Counted from the first letter of the stretch, positions 24,540-37,912 are shown. The stretch: DNA of 64,000 nt from Octopus sinensis (GCF_006345805.1 NC_043006.1:73656001-73720000), one strand, 5' to 3'. Notes: generated by a model from the sequence alone, not told the origin. Numbers and translations are program-made.

Positions 24540-25195
24540 TATAAAAATATATATGTATATCTCTGGGGCGACATACATCGAGTAAACATTAACTACCTTC
24601 TTTTGCCGAACAGCTAAGTTACAGGGACGTAAACACACCACCATCAGTTGTCAAGAGATGTTGGGGGGGGGGGAGAAACACAGACACAAACGTATACACA
24701 CACATACATATATATACATAAACATAATACAAGTAATGAGAGAGAGTTCACATGTAGTCACTCTAACGCTAGATATAGATGCACGAAGGGAATCCACCAC
24801 TAAAGAAATGTTCTCAAGAATTAATTCAACACGCCAAGAATGTAAGCGAGCAGGAAATATGAAAAATAACGAAAAAATAGATTAACTCTATACAATTGTT
24901 TCACCGTTAATAGATTGTGTAATTATACTTACATAATCATTTTTGGATCTTCAGTAGAGTATATAAAAAAATATAATTTGCTGAGTCGAACGCCAACATC
25001 CACACGAAGCCGAATAAAGGCGAATGGCACAGCCGATTATATCTGCAGTTACGTTCAAATATCCTCATTCTCGCGCGTTGAAAAAACTGGATGTAAATAG
25101 TACTCCAGTAATTTACTGCCGGTTTGAGAACATATTAATTTATAATTAAAATCACAATAAGGGTGAAAAAAATTGAATATTAATTAATTACATCA

Positions 25196-25269
25196 ATTTA
25201 ATTCTTGAGAACATTTCTTGAATTAATTCTTGAGAACATTTCTTGAATTAATTCTTGAGAACATTTCTT
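25196..25269. repeat. 25-bp tandem repeat x3
   Basis: The unit attcttgagaacatttcttgaatta starts at 25201, 25226 and 25251. Confidence 0.95.
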
Positions 25270-26422
25270 TAGTGGTGGATTCTTTCGGGCTCTGTTCATA
25301 ACGTTTGATGTATTTAAAAACCAGGATAAAAGTCTGTAAGAAAGCATGAGAAAGAAACGAGAAGAAAAAAACGCATAGAAAGTTGATGTAAAAAGTGGAA
25401 CGAGAAGAATGAAAATTATGGTTTCTACAGTCAAAGAGGACGAAAATCCTGGCTTCTTTATATTGTTTTTCCTTCTTATCGTTCCATTTTTTACATCAAC
25501 CTTCTTCGCGTTCTTTTCTCCTCGTTTTTTTTTTCTCATGTTGTGCCATAGACCAGCGTCCTGGTTTTTAAACACATCTGCCATTATGAACTGAGTCAGA
25601 AAGATTTCTTGGAGATACACGGTATACTATAAAAATCTGCCAACTTAATGTACCTTAACGCATGAAACTATCAGTAGCCCTTTTGTAATTGTATATATAT
25701 TCAATGATATTTATCTCTCACTAAATGGAGCACTTTTTTTGTTGATTCTATCTATAACGGAACTTTAAACTATATACAAAGCATTTTGACTTCACACGAT
25801 AGAATAGTCCAACTTAATTGATAATGAAGGAATGATCCGAATCACAGAAATTCGGTAGCTGCGTTTGTGGGGAAAAGTATGGAAACGGTTTCATGTGGTA
25901 ATACCAGGATCAATTTGGTGCTATCAATGTGAGCTTGGATGCACTTATGAAACTTTGAGAGTGCTTGTTTGGGAAGTATGAGTTTGTGATTCAGAGATCT
26001 CTGGGGTGACATACATCGAGTAATCCTTTACTTTCTTTCATTTCACGTCCCTGTTTACTCCGTAGAGGCAATGGTTGCCGACAAACACGCATACATATAT
26101 ACATGTATATGAGAGAGAGAGAGAGAGAGAGAGAAAAGGGAGAGAAAGAAAGAAAAGAGGGAGAGAGAGAGAGAAAGAGAGCGGATGGTAAAAAGCAGAA
26201 AAGCGTAATTTTACCCATGGTTCGAGAAGAATTAAATTATGAATCATGGGAAAATGTACGCTTTTATGCAACTTTACTATTCTAGATATAAGGCTCTCAT
26301 CAACGGTGGTTGATGAGAGTCGAATCTGCAAAAACACGCTGGTATTTATTGCTTTGTAATAAGGTATTGGAGTTTAACGATGTGTTAATTAAATACCGAA
26401 GTTACATATTAGGACACGTATA

Positions 26423-26623
26423 CAGTAATGCCTCAACTATCGCGGGTGTTACACTCACGCGATAGGTGAAAATCCGCGAAGTAGTTACAGTACTGTACTA
26501 TACACTTTTTAAAAATTATTTCTATAATTTGTATATATTTATTTTATTGTAAATGCAAAACAACACCATGGAGGAATCGACGTAAGCTTAAAAAATAAAC
26601 CGCGATATGGCGAGGGATTACTA
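26423..26623. mobile_element. pogo/Tigger-like MITE with both ends
   Basis: TA|cagtaatgcctcaactatcgcg ... cgcgatatggcgagggattacta|TA. Confidence 0.75.
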
Positions 26624-26842
26624 TATATCAGTGTATCAAAACATATATAACGTGTTAACACTTAGGTATGCAAATTAGTAGCCCTACTTTTCTGTAGCTA
26701 CTGTAAATGTTGGGTATATAAATAGACTGGTGGCCTGTGTTCCTAGGATTGGACAAACTGATGTAGTCGTCTCTGATGAGAATCCAGTAAGATTAAGGTT
26801 GTTCATAATTTTTTCGATCTACGTAGAATCAACAAAATTAGC

Positions 26843-27352
26843 CCGTTTGTCTCTTCTGTGTTTAGCCCCTTGTGGGTAGTAAAGAAATAGGTATTTCGTT
26901 TGTCGTTACAGGAAGCACAAGGCCTCAAATTTGGGATAAGGGATTAAGTCGATTATATCGACCCCAGTGTGTGACTGGTCCTTAATTTTTGCACAGAGAC
27001 AGCAGGTTCGGGGATGGGATTAATTCGATTACATCGACCCCATTTCGCAACTGGTGCTTATTTTGTAGATCCCCTAAGGCTAAAAGATAAAGTTGAGCTC
27101 CGGGGAGCGATAGACGATATTATTTCTTTACTACCTACAAGGGGCTAAACATAGAGGGGGCAAACAAGGACAGACAAAGGGATTAAGTCGATTACATCGA
27201 CCCCAGTGCGTAACTGGTACTTAATTTATCGACCCCGAAAGGATGAAAGGCAAAGTCGACCTCGGCTGAATTTGAACTCAGAACGCAGCAGCGGATGAAA
27301 TGCCACGAAGCATTTGGCCGGCGTGCTAATGGTTCTGTCAGCTCGCTGCCTT
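26843..27352. mobile_element. Rearranged SINE family 2 cluster
   Basis: A tail-B end on + at 26843-26889, a tail-A fragment, an inverted copy of the 28190-28326 SINE, then a full tail-B copy on -. Confidence 0.75.
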
Positions 27353-28133
27353 ATGTTCGTAATGTAATATGTTTGTATAACTGAAAAATTCAAGTGGTAA
27401 AGTTTTTGGCGTAGCGCGAATAAGCAATAAAGTCAGGGGGAGTGAAAATTGAAGAAAGAGTTATCTATCCATATGGCTTGATTACGATTACAACCGTTTC
27501 GTGACGTACTTATGTAATATCAATTTCAGTATGCTAAACTTTGCATTGATGTGTATACTCAGTCCTATACAAGAAAGTCGTATATTTACAAATGAATGCA
27601 AAAAATGAATGCTAAGTCATCAGAACATCATAATTTTGTACGCACACACAAATATATATATATATGTATGTATTTAAACACATACATTTGGGAAGTATAA
27701 TCATTTCCGACATGTTTAAAATAAGTGAGAAAACACACTTAAGTATATCTACGCACATACAGCAATTTTTATAAAATGGATTTTTCTTTGTTGAAAGTGA
27801 TAATTTGGTGTTATTCGCTGTTAAAAAAGAACAGTGAAACCATTCGAATATTATCACAAATATTGCCTGTTGAATTCACAGCCAATTAAAATAAAAGAAA
27901 CATTAACAGATTGATGAAAATAGATTCTTGAAGAGTTCCATGCGAGTTTTTCATACGAACGAGTTGCACATTTCATAAAAATAACACCAAAATGCATGCT
28001 GCTTATCGGAAAATCATTATTGTGTGTTGTCATAAGCACAAGTGCTAAGAGTTCGAGCGTAATAATTGTAATACATAATGTCTTTATGCAGAGGTTTTGT
28101 TTGTCGCACCCAAGTCTCAATATACTTTTAAAG

Positions 28134-28334
28134 ATTTAAGGCGGTGATCGGGCAGAACTTTTTGCGCGCTGGGCGAACTGTTTAGCGGTATATCGTCTAT
28201 CGCTCCCCGGAGCTCAACTTTATCTTTTAGCCTTTGGGGATCTATAAAATAAGTACCAGATGCGAAATGGGGTCGATGTAATTGACTTAATCCCATCCCC
28301 GAAACTGCTGGCCCTGTGCAAAAATTTGAAACTA
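28134..28334 (+). mobile_element. SINE family 2 (tail A) with a 15-bp TSD
   Basis: TSD aatatacttttaaag at 28119-28133 and 28335-28349. Confidence 0.85.
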
Positions 28335-29178
28335 AATATACTTTTAAAGTATAGCAGTATGGCATTTGTGGACACCGGGTGTGTATGTGTGAGTGCGAGA
28401 GAGAGAGAGAGAGAGAGAGTAAGTAGATATGTGTGAGAGTTTAGTGTGATTGCCTACGTGCATGTAAAGAATATGCGCATGCGCTTCACAGTACAAATCT
28501 TGCTTCACAAAAACCGAACTATTTACAACTGAGAATGCTGAATAAAATGCTCTTACAAACATGTGCAACCATATATGTATGTGTATGAGTGTGTATATAT
28601 GTGCGTAAATGTGTGTAAGCACACACGAAACGCGCACATATACAGACACACATACACGCGCATAATTTATCTTATGGCCATTAAAGTTGCACGGGCATTT
28701 CAGACGCACTCTCTTTTCAGCAGCGCATAGTCACAGGAAATGTTTTTAATGCATTAAAGAAAAGCTTATGCAATAGCCATCTTCATATATAGGATCCAGG
28801 GTTTATCTTTTGGGACGTTTATTGGGAAAAGTTGCGTCAGAATTGTAAAACTCAGCACCGCTTATCAAATCAACGTGGTTTGTTTATATGAAAATATTAC
28901 TATGAAATTATAGTTCTTAAATCTGATGGGAAGAAGCGTGTGGATACGTTGGTGTAATGGTAACACACTTGTCATGACAACATAGAGGTGTGGGTTCGGG
29001 TCCACGCACACGGAAAACGCGTTTTTTCCCGTCGAGGGCTGTCATGCTCCAATATTAGACTATTAGTCAATATCAGTTATTGCTTATAAGTTTTAAGCTT
29101 ATAAAAGATTAATATTATTTACAAAATTATAAAATTCGGCACCGCTTATCAAATCATCACAGTTTATATATAGTATAT

Positions 29179-29453
29179 AGACGCAGAGGTGGCTGTGTGG
29201 TAAGTAGCTTGCTTACCAACCACATGGTTCTGGTTTCAGTCCCACTGCGTGGCACTTTGAGCAAGTGTTTTCTACTATAGCCTCGGGCCGACCAAAGCCT
29301 TGTGTTTATGTCCCCGTAATTTAACGGTTTGGCAAAAGAGACCGATAGAATAAGTACTAGGCTTACAAAGAATAAGTCCTGGGGTCGATTTGCTCGACTA
29401 AAGGCGGTGCTCCAGCATGGCCGCAGTCAAATGACTGAAGCAAGCAAAAGAGA
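29179..29453 (+). mobile_element. SINE family 1 with an internal deletion of the microsatellite linker
   Basis: ...ccaaagccttgtg joins directly to tttatgtccccgtaa. Confidence 0.85.
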
Positions 29454-30239
29454 GTATATATGTATTTATATCGAATTTCAACGGGACTGATAATAAGTCC
29501 CGTCAAGGGCTTTTAAATTTTAAGTAGCACACAATTTGAATTAAACTGTTCTGATCCATGCATATATATTATTATATGGCGGCGGACTCAACATGGTTGC
29601 AGTACAATGAATGAAACATGTAGACAACAGCAGCAAGAACACGGAAAAGAAAAAACTAACGTGACTTTCTAAATGAAGTTCTATATGATATTTGTCCTGC
29701 ATCAAGCTAGTAAGATACTCCTTTGTCACCCTTGCGTTCAGAAATATGATGTTCCAGTGATTGGAAACCATTTTTGTTCATTATTTTCAGTGATTGGAAA
29801 CCCTGTTGTTCATTATTTTCGAGAAAAAAAGTCTCTTATAATGCTTCAGTCATTGGACTGCAGCCATTCTGGTGGGCGGCATTGAAGAGTTTAGTAGCTC
29901 AAATCGACCCTAGGGTTTATTTTAAAACTTGACACTTATTCTATCGTTCACTAATGCTGAACTAATGCTGGACAAACTATCATCTGTTTCTAGGGAGAAA
30001 TACATATACAAAGACACACTCATACAAACACATATACACACAGCAAACACACACTTACTTCAGTTTCTGTCTACCAAATTCACTCACAAGGCTTTGGACG
30101 CCACTGTTTTATAGCAGATAAAACTTGTATAAAGTGTCGTGCAGTGGGACTGTACCTAAGACGAAATGCTTGGGATGCAAGCTTCTTATCCATACAGTCA
30201 CGCCACGCTAGAAATTAGTTTCAAATTACGGAAGAAGGT

Positions 30240-30600
30240 AAGAAAGTTCGGTAGTGTAGGGGGTTAAGTCGTTTAAATCATCCCTAGTGCTCAACGGGTA
30301 CTTATTTTATCGACCCTGAAAGGATGAAGGGCAATATTACTTCTGTGGAATTTGAACTCAGAACGTAACGACAGACGAAATACCTATTTCTTTACTACCC
30401 ACAAGGGGCTAAACACAGAAGGGACAAACAAGGACAGACAAACGGATTAAGTCGATTATATCGACCCCAGTGCGTAACAGGCACTTATTTAATCGACCCC
30501 GAAACTGGTACTTATTTAATCGACCCCAAAAGGATGAAAGGCAAAATTTGTCTTCTCTATGTTTAGCTCCACGTGGGCAATAAAGAAATAAGAAATGTCG
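30240..30600 (-). mobile_element. SINE family 2 cluster with a tail-B junction at 30384|30385
   Basis: acagacgaaatacc|tatttctttactacccacaagggg. Confidence 0.85.
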
Positions 30601-31170
30601 ATATATTAAATTAGCTAAATTAACTCGTGCCTTCTTACAGAACAGTATTAATACAAAAAAGAAAGCGAAAATAGAGGGAAAAAAGCTGAAAGAAAGGAAA
30701 AGAATAGGTAGAAAGAGGAAAAGTGAGAAACAGCAAAAAGATACAATCTAAATCTGATTCCGCAAACGAAAGCAAACTTGATGAGGTGAACTAAAATATG
30801 TATAATATAATAAGACATATAAATAAAAACGAGAGAGTTTGGTTGTTGCTGTTAATAACGCAGTATCCATCTTGTGATTAATCTGAATTGGAGAATTGAT
30901 TTCGATTTGAACTATTGACCAGCTATTTGTTATTCGAGGGATGGAAACATACTTGGAATGGATTTGGCTTTTATTAAGTTTTACACATCTTTGATCAATC
31001 ATTGGGTCCTCATGTACATACAAACATAGATAATTAATACGTAACACTCATACATTTATATGCACGCGTATAGACACGCATATGTATGTATGTTTATAAG
31101 TAGGTATGTATATATATATGTGTGTGTATGTTTATATATGTATATATATATATGCATATGTATACACACA

Positions 31171-31265
<95 letters not shown>

Positions 31266-31789
31266 ACATACATATGTGTGTGTGTACACACACAGGCTGT
31301 ATGGTAAAAAGTTAGTTTCCCAACTAATCGTATTGTACGGGATCCAAGGAGGGTTTTAGATCAAATACATTGATTTCCAGCATAACCACAAGTAGCCTCA
31401 TGCACATAGTTGTATATCTAGACATGCTCATATATATTTAAATGATAAACTTCTGGAAAGTTTTACAGATTTTTACAGTTCCTATGAGGCATTGGATCTG
31501 TAGACTTCGAATTAGCTTCCTCTTATCTGGTTTTTGTTCGAAGTTGAAGACTATCATTTTGTACCAATGTAACAATTTTTTTAAAACTCTGTGAATGTTG
31601 TCCCGTGTAAACCGAATCAAAATTCCATCGGAGTGGAGGTTACTCGCTGGTATAAATACCAGCGCAAGCCTGGTCTTAATCCTATGGATTATGTTTCCCA
31701 AAATAGCAAAATCTGGATATGTAGTTTACCCAAAGTACATTTCTGTATTTCTCTACATCCTGAGTTTATGTTCTATCGTAATTATTTTT

Positions 31790-32713
31790 TACTTTTGCCG
31801 AACTTCTAAATTACGGTGACGTAAACACACCACCATTGGTTGTCAAGCGATGTTGGCGGGACAAACACAGATACACAAACATACACACACACACATACAT
31901 ATATGTGTGTGTGTATATAAATATATATATATATATACCTATATGTGACGAACTTCTTTCAGTTTCCGTCTACCAAATCCACTCACAAGGCTTTAGTCGG
32001 CCCGAGACTATAGTAGAAGACACTTGCCCAAGGTGCCACGCAGTGGGACTGAATTCGGAACCATGTGGTTCGTAAGCAAGCTTCTTTATTTCAATAAATT
32101 TGCCATGTAGGCATAATACAGAGGGGACAAACATGGACAGGCAAACATAGAATGGTGAAGTAGCTTAAAACGTTGTTATGAATCGATTAAAAATATGTAA
32201 AAGGTGAATAATTAAGAATAAAACAAAATAAAATACATTGCGTTATGCAATGTGACACCAAAAGAAAGCCATCCGACATCAGGGTAGGGCCTTTGCTTTT
32301 CTTCCAGGGTCCCACTTACTTGGTGCCAATCGCTCCCAGCTTTTTTTTACCACAGGCTTCCATCTCTTCTCGAATTTCTCACGTGAGAAGTACTGCTTCT
32401 CGAGCCTGATCTTGCTTCTGAGTTGGTAGCTAAAAAAGTTGACCAACCCCTGGACGGATACAAAGGTACTCGTCACAATCCCTTTCACACGTGTCTTCCT
32501 AAAATGGCTACCACGCAGTAAATCAGGCCTTCCTTTCCCCGCTAAGGGAAGAAAGCGGCTCAATCTCCATAATGGACTCAGCTGATAGCTGTACGCTTCC
32601 CATCGATGACAACAGTTGTTCCGTGAAAGCTATCAATCCCGATAATTCCGGACATTCCACGAATGCGTGCAAGATGGTTTCCCTCTACTTACCACACAGC
32701 CACTCCTACGCCT
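31790..32713 (-). mobile_element. SINE family 1 split by an L1/Tx1-type 3' fragment
   Basis: The head ggcgtaggagtggctgtgtggtaagtag (32713-32685) resumes as aagaagcttgcttacgaaccacatgg at 32086. Confidence 0.85.
32087..32684 (-). mobile_element. 5'-truncated L1/Tx1-type LINE: ORF2 C-terminus plus 3' UTR
   Basis: RETILHAFVECPELSGLIAFTEQLL (end of the ORF2 CCHC knuckle) then ...GLVNFFSYQLRSKIRLEKQYFSREKFEKRW. The 3' UTR ends in gaaataaa. Putative TSD aagtag/aagaag. Confidence 0.85.
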
Positions 32714-35184
32714 ACTTGGGGGATATACTTAAAAACATGGCAGTCACTACGTTCCTTTGTTTAATGAATTTCTAGATGCGTGAGTCCGAAAAACATGGAC
32801 CACGTGAAGCTCGTAGTTACTGGTTCATTACCCTTCACCAGCAATCAAATGCCCTACATTTTAGAGCCACTGCGTAATAATATTTAATGCTACTGCTGTT
32901 ACGCTTTTTAACTATATGAGATACATAGTTTTGAATAGCAGACACAACATTCGGATGTTTGTTCCATTGCATAAATTACTGGCGAGCTTGCAGATTTTTA
33001 ACCGTCACTGCGTTTGTAAAGTGGATTTATTAGATTTACTACATGCTGTAAAGGCCTGTTCATAGATTATATGTATAAATGTGTGTGTGCGTGCGTCTAT
33101 GTATGTACACACGCACACTCACACATGTATACGACAAAAAAATTTCCACGTGATTAATTGTGACAAATATCAAAAGAAGGAAAATGCACAAAAATTTTAT
33201 GTTGGAAAAAAAATGTGCATTTATGAAATGAATTATTTACATAGTAGACCGGTTTCGCTTATGCTAATCATGAAAGAGTAGTCAATGGTAATGTTATAAT
33301 TTCATGCTATCATAATAAGGTTTTGTTCTATGTTAGTAGGAGGAAGGATATTATGTAAATGAATCGACAGGTAAATACATTCCTGCATTTAGGTGAAAGA
33401 TAATGGCTTTTGTTTAAGCAAGTGATCCATCATCATTATTGTAGTTAAGAGCTACATCTGTACGTCACAGCTTTCTGAAATATTCTGTAATATAGTTTTC
33501 GTTTTCGTACTGATTAGATCTGCATGTGGCTGAGGTAAATTTTAGTCTTTTTGCTAGTATTTTAATTTTTGTTTTTGAAAATGTTTTCTTTGATAAATTT
33601 ATCATTTTGAATGTCTCTGGCATGCAGATTTATAGAAAGCTTCAGAATTTGTTTTTAGGCCTTCCACAGTTCTTTTCTTTTCATGGAAGTGTTTGATTCT
33701 GCTTTCAATTCCTAGGAGTGTCCGTCTTAAGTTATACCTTTCTCTACCCTTCATTTGATAACTCAACCATAATCCATGCTTGAAGAAAGAGACGAAATTC
33801 CCCCAATTTGCCAATTTCGATGCATCTTTTGTATTTTGTTGGCCTCTATCTAGTTTAGTACAAATTTGCGTCTGTTGGAGTTCATCTGTTGATATTTCGA
33901 GATATAAAGAAGGAGATAATATTTAAGGTTTTTAATACTTGCGAACATAGGAGAGTTACTAAAGAAAAAGAAAAAAAAATGATTTCTAAGAAGAACGTTA
34001 TAAAAGAGAAGTAATAACGCAATGAGTTTGCTAAGGTGGAATATAGAAAAGAAAAAAAGAAGAAATGGTTTCCAAAAGGGAACAATATAAAATAGAGATG
34101 GATTAGAATGAAAGCATGATTATTTGAGAAATCGCAAGGAAAAGGTGTTTACGAGAATAGAGATATAACAAAAAAAATGAGAAGGAAGGAAAAAGTGTTT
34201 ACGAAGATAGAGATACAGTGTAAACGCCCTCTGAAGAGAACAGTATAAAACGAAGACAAGAGGGAAGTTTAGAAAGGAAAGAATGATTAGGCAAAAAAAT
34301 ATATACATATTAGTACAGTATATAAAGATAGTTTAAAAGATTGTCGAGTTTGCAGGGTGAAGAGAGAAAGAAAAAAGAAGCAATCTCTAAAAAAATAAAG
34401 CGATATAAAAGAAAGAAAGAGAGATTAAAGAGAACGAGTTATTATTTGAGGTAATAAATTAAATTTTTCGGAAAGATAAAAGCTGAGTTTGTTGCAAAAG
34501 AAGTTGAGAAGTCATGATGTTTCCGGAAGATAGAAGAGAATGTTTTGTAATTGAGTAATAAATAAAATTGAAATATTTAACTTTATAACTTGCGGTGAGA
34601 TGCATACTTAGGTTCTATTAAAAGTTAAAATGAATTTCTTACCTTTTCTTGAAGGAAAAAAAAATATATAGAAATGACTTACTTTCAGACTGGTGTGAAA
34701 ACAAATGAAAATTATTATCATAAAAGCACGCGTTGAGAGGTTTCATTTTTACGATATTAACGTTACGGAAAAGATACCGAAAAGAACACATTCAAGTTAA
34801 ACATACCTTTGTGTAATAAACTTATTGGACATATAATATACTAGGAGTGCAGATCATTTTTTCTTAATATTTGTTATCCATGCAATTTTGTAGAGGAAAT
34901 AAAAAAATCCCGTCCTTTTACAATGTCACCATGTTCTTATATATATCACACACGCACACATCACTTACACACACACACACATACTGAAGATCTTAATGAG
35001 AACTTTTGCTTGCAATCCTTCCAAATATTATGATCTGTACATTCCTCTAAACCCATTTTAACTTTATGTATTCTCATTACTTCTGTTGCTATTGCTTTGA
35101 AATATGGCCTTCAGTTCCGTGGCTATATTTTACCGGTGCATAAATATTAATTTTCATATATTTTAAACACATACAAGCACACAC

Positions 35185-35850
<666 letters not shown>

Positions 35851-36920
35851 AACATACGCACGCATGTATGTGCATGCGTGCAGTGCATCTGTGCGCGTGT
35901 GTGTGTATGTCTGCATTTGTACGTGTGTGTGTGTGTGCATCTGTGTGTGTGTGTGTATATTCTTGTATGTGTCTGATATGTGTGAGCGTGTGTGCTTGTG
36001 CAAAAATTATAAAATTCAAGTGTGAAGAATTCTGCAACGAACGTCAGATAATATAATTGCTCGCATGCAATAATGTTGCTCAAACGTATATAATTCATAG
36101 TGATGCCAAACATTCCGTATTTCGGCAGCACAGGGCGTAGTATTTGAAATGTCAAGAATTATTAATAATAGGTGTTATAGGGTTAATTCCTCTGTTTTGA
36201 AATCTACAACATTGCAGCGCGTAGGGTGGCAGGATACACAAACAAAGCACGTCTGTGTATTATTATAATCAAATTAACTTTGCCCTTTGCATCGCTATCT
36301 TCTAATGTTTCTTATATGTTTTAATGAAAAACATTTTCTGAGATAATTACTACTGCACTTTCGAAACTGGAATCAGATACTTGAATTTACAGCTCCTTCA
36401 CAAAATAAAGACAATAATTAAGAAAAAATATAGCAAAAACGGTTGAGTGATCCGCCCCCACTCTTTCTTTTTTCTTCTGTTCTTTTCTGTCTTCACCACT
36501 AACAAAGACCTTCCAACAACCAAGCTTCTCTCTCTCTCTCTCTTTTACCATTTCCACCTTCTGCTGTCCTATATCGCCCCTACTCTTTCCTATTTCTGTT
36601 TCCCTTGTTTTCTTTTCCTTCGCTTCTTCTTTCTCCTTTCGGTTTATATTGCTCTTTTGCTTAATACGTATCTTGAACGCATACACACATCGCATGATAC
36701 ATATATAAATTTATGTGTGTGTGAGAGTGTAGACACAGACACATATCGGTGCAGAGGTGGCTGTGTAAAGAATTTGGTTCCCAACCACCTGATTCCGAGT
36801 TCAGTCCTACAGATTGCACCTTGGGCAACTGTCTTCAACTATTTCACTAGGCCGACCAAAGCCTTGTGAGTGGATGAGTAGATTTGGTTGAAGAAAACTG
36901 AAAGAAGCCCTTCGTATACA

Positions 36921-36974
<54 letters not shown>

Positions 36975-36975
<1 letters not shown>

Positions 36976-37202
36976 ATGTAAATAAGCAACAAGGATGTAC
37001 AGGTATCAATACATTACGGCCATTTCAAGCGGCTCCATTTAATTGACCAATGAAAACATTACATCAATTTGATGTTCATCTGATTCTTAAGAGATCGGTT
37101 TCATTCAAATTGATGTAATGCTTTCATTGATTAATTAAATGGAGCCCCTTGAAACGGCCGTAATGTATTAACACCTGAACATACTTGTTACTTATTTACA
37201 TT
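36975..37202. repeat. Inverted repeat, ~98-bp arms, ~32-bp spacer, next to (TA)n
   Basis: Arms 36975-37072 and 37105-37202. Confidence 0.9.
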
Positions 37203-37286
37203 CTGTTCAGTAACTTGGCGATGTGCGGACTATACCGAACTAGCAAGGTGCCTCAATTTAAGTGCTTAATTCAGCTGAACCTTAAT

Positions 37287-37376
<90 letters not shown>

Positions 37377-37587
37377 CTGAGAACTGGTGTTCGTTTGTTC
37401 ACGTCCCTGTAACTTCGTTATTCGGCTATTGAGTTCGATATAATGAGTACAGGGCTTATAAATATAAGTATTGGGGGCGAGGTGTTCGATTAAACCCTTA
37501 AAGACAGCACCCCAGCATGGCTGCAGTCCATTGAGTGAAACAACTAAAAGAGAAAAGAAATGTGCATAAACATGCGCATATACACTC

Positions 37588-37639
<52 letters not shown>

Positions 37640-37644
<5 letters not shown>

Positions 37645-37878
37645 GAAATGAAGAAAATGCTGACAAAATAATTTAAGTAATTTAAGTAATTTAATTAGGT
37701 GAAGTTCTTTTTACCGGTTGCGCATTTGTTATGCTTATCAAAAGATTAGAGTTCCTTTCTGATAGATTTTTTCCTCTAATCTTTTGATAAGCATAACAAA
37801 TGCGCAACCGGTAAAAAGAACTTCACCTAATTAAATTACTTAAATTATTTTGTCAGCATTTTCTTCATTTCCTTTTTT
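37640..37878. repeat. Near-perfect inverted repeat, ~105-bp arms, 22-bp spacer, next to (TA)n
   Basis: Arms 37640-37751 and 37774-37878; the left arm has an extra 9-bp duplication. Confidence 0.95.
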
Positions 37879-37912
37879 ATATATTACAACTCGTGTTCCA
37901 CATCTCCTTTTT

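Noticed and set aside
25196-25269. Short direct repeats as a CRISPR-like array
   Set aside because: They are head-to-tail units without spacers, in a eukaryotic context with no cas genes.
33340-33370. Possible micro-exon EEGYYVNESTG with a strong donor
   Set aside because: Too short to distinguish from chance, and there are no partner exons.
33600-34560. Purine-biased region with short degenerate repeats, possibly an old LINE/PLE
   Set aside because: I could not recover a diagnostic protein motif.
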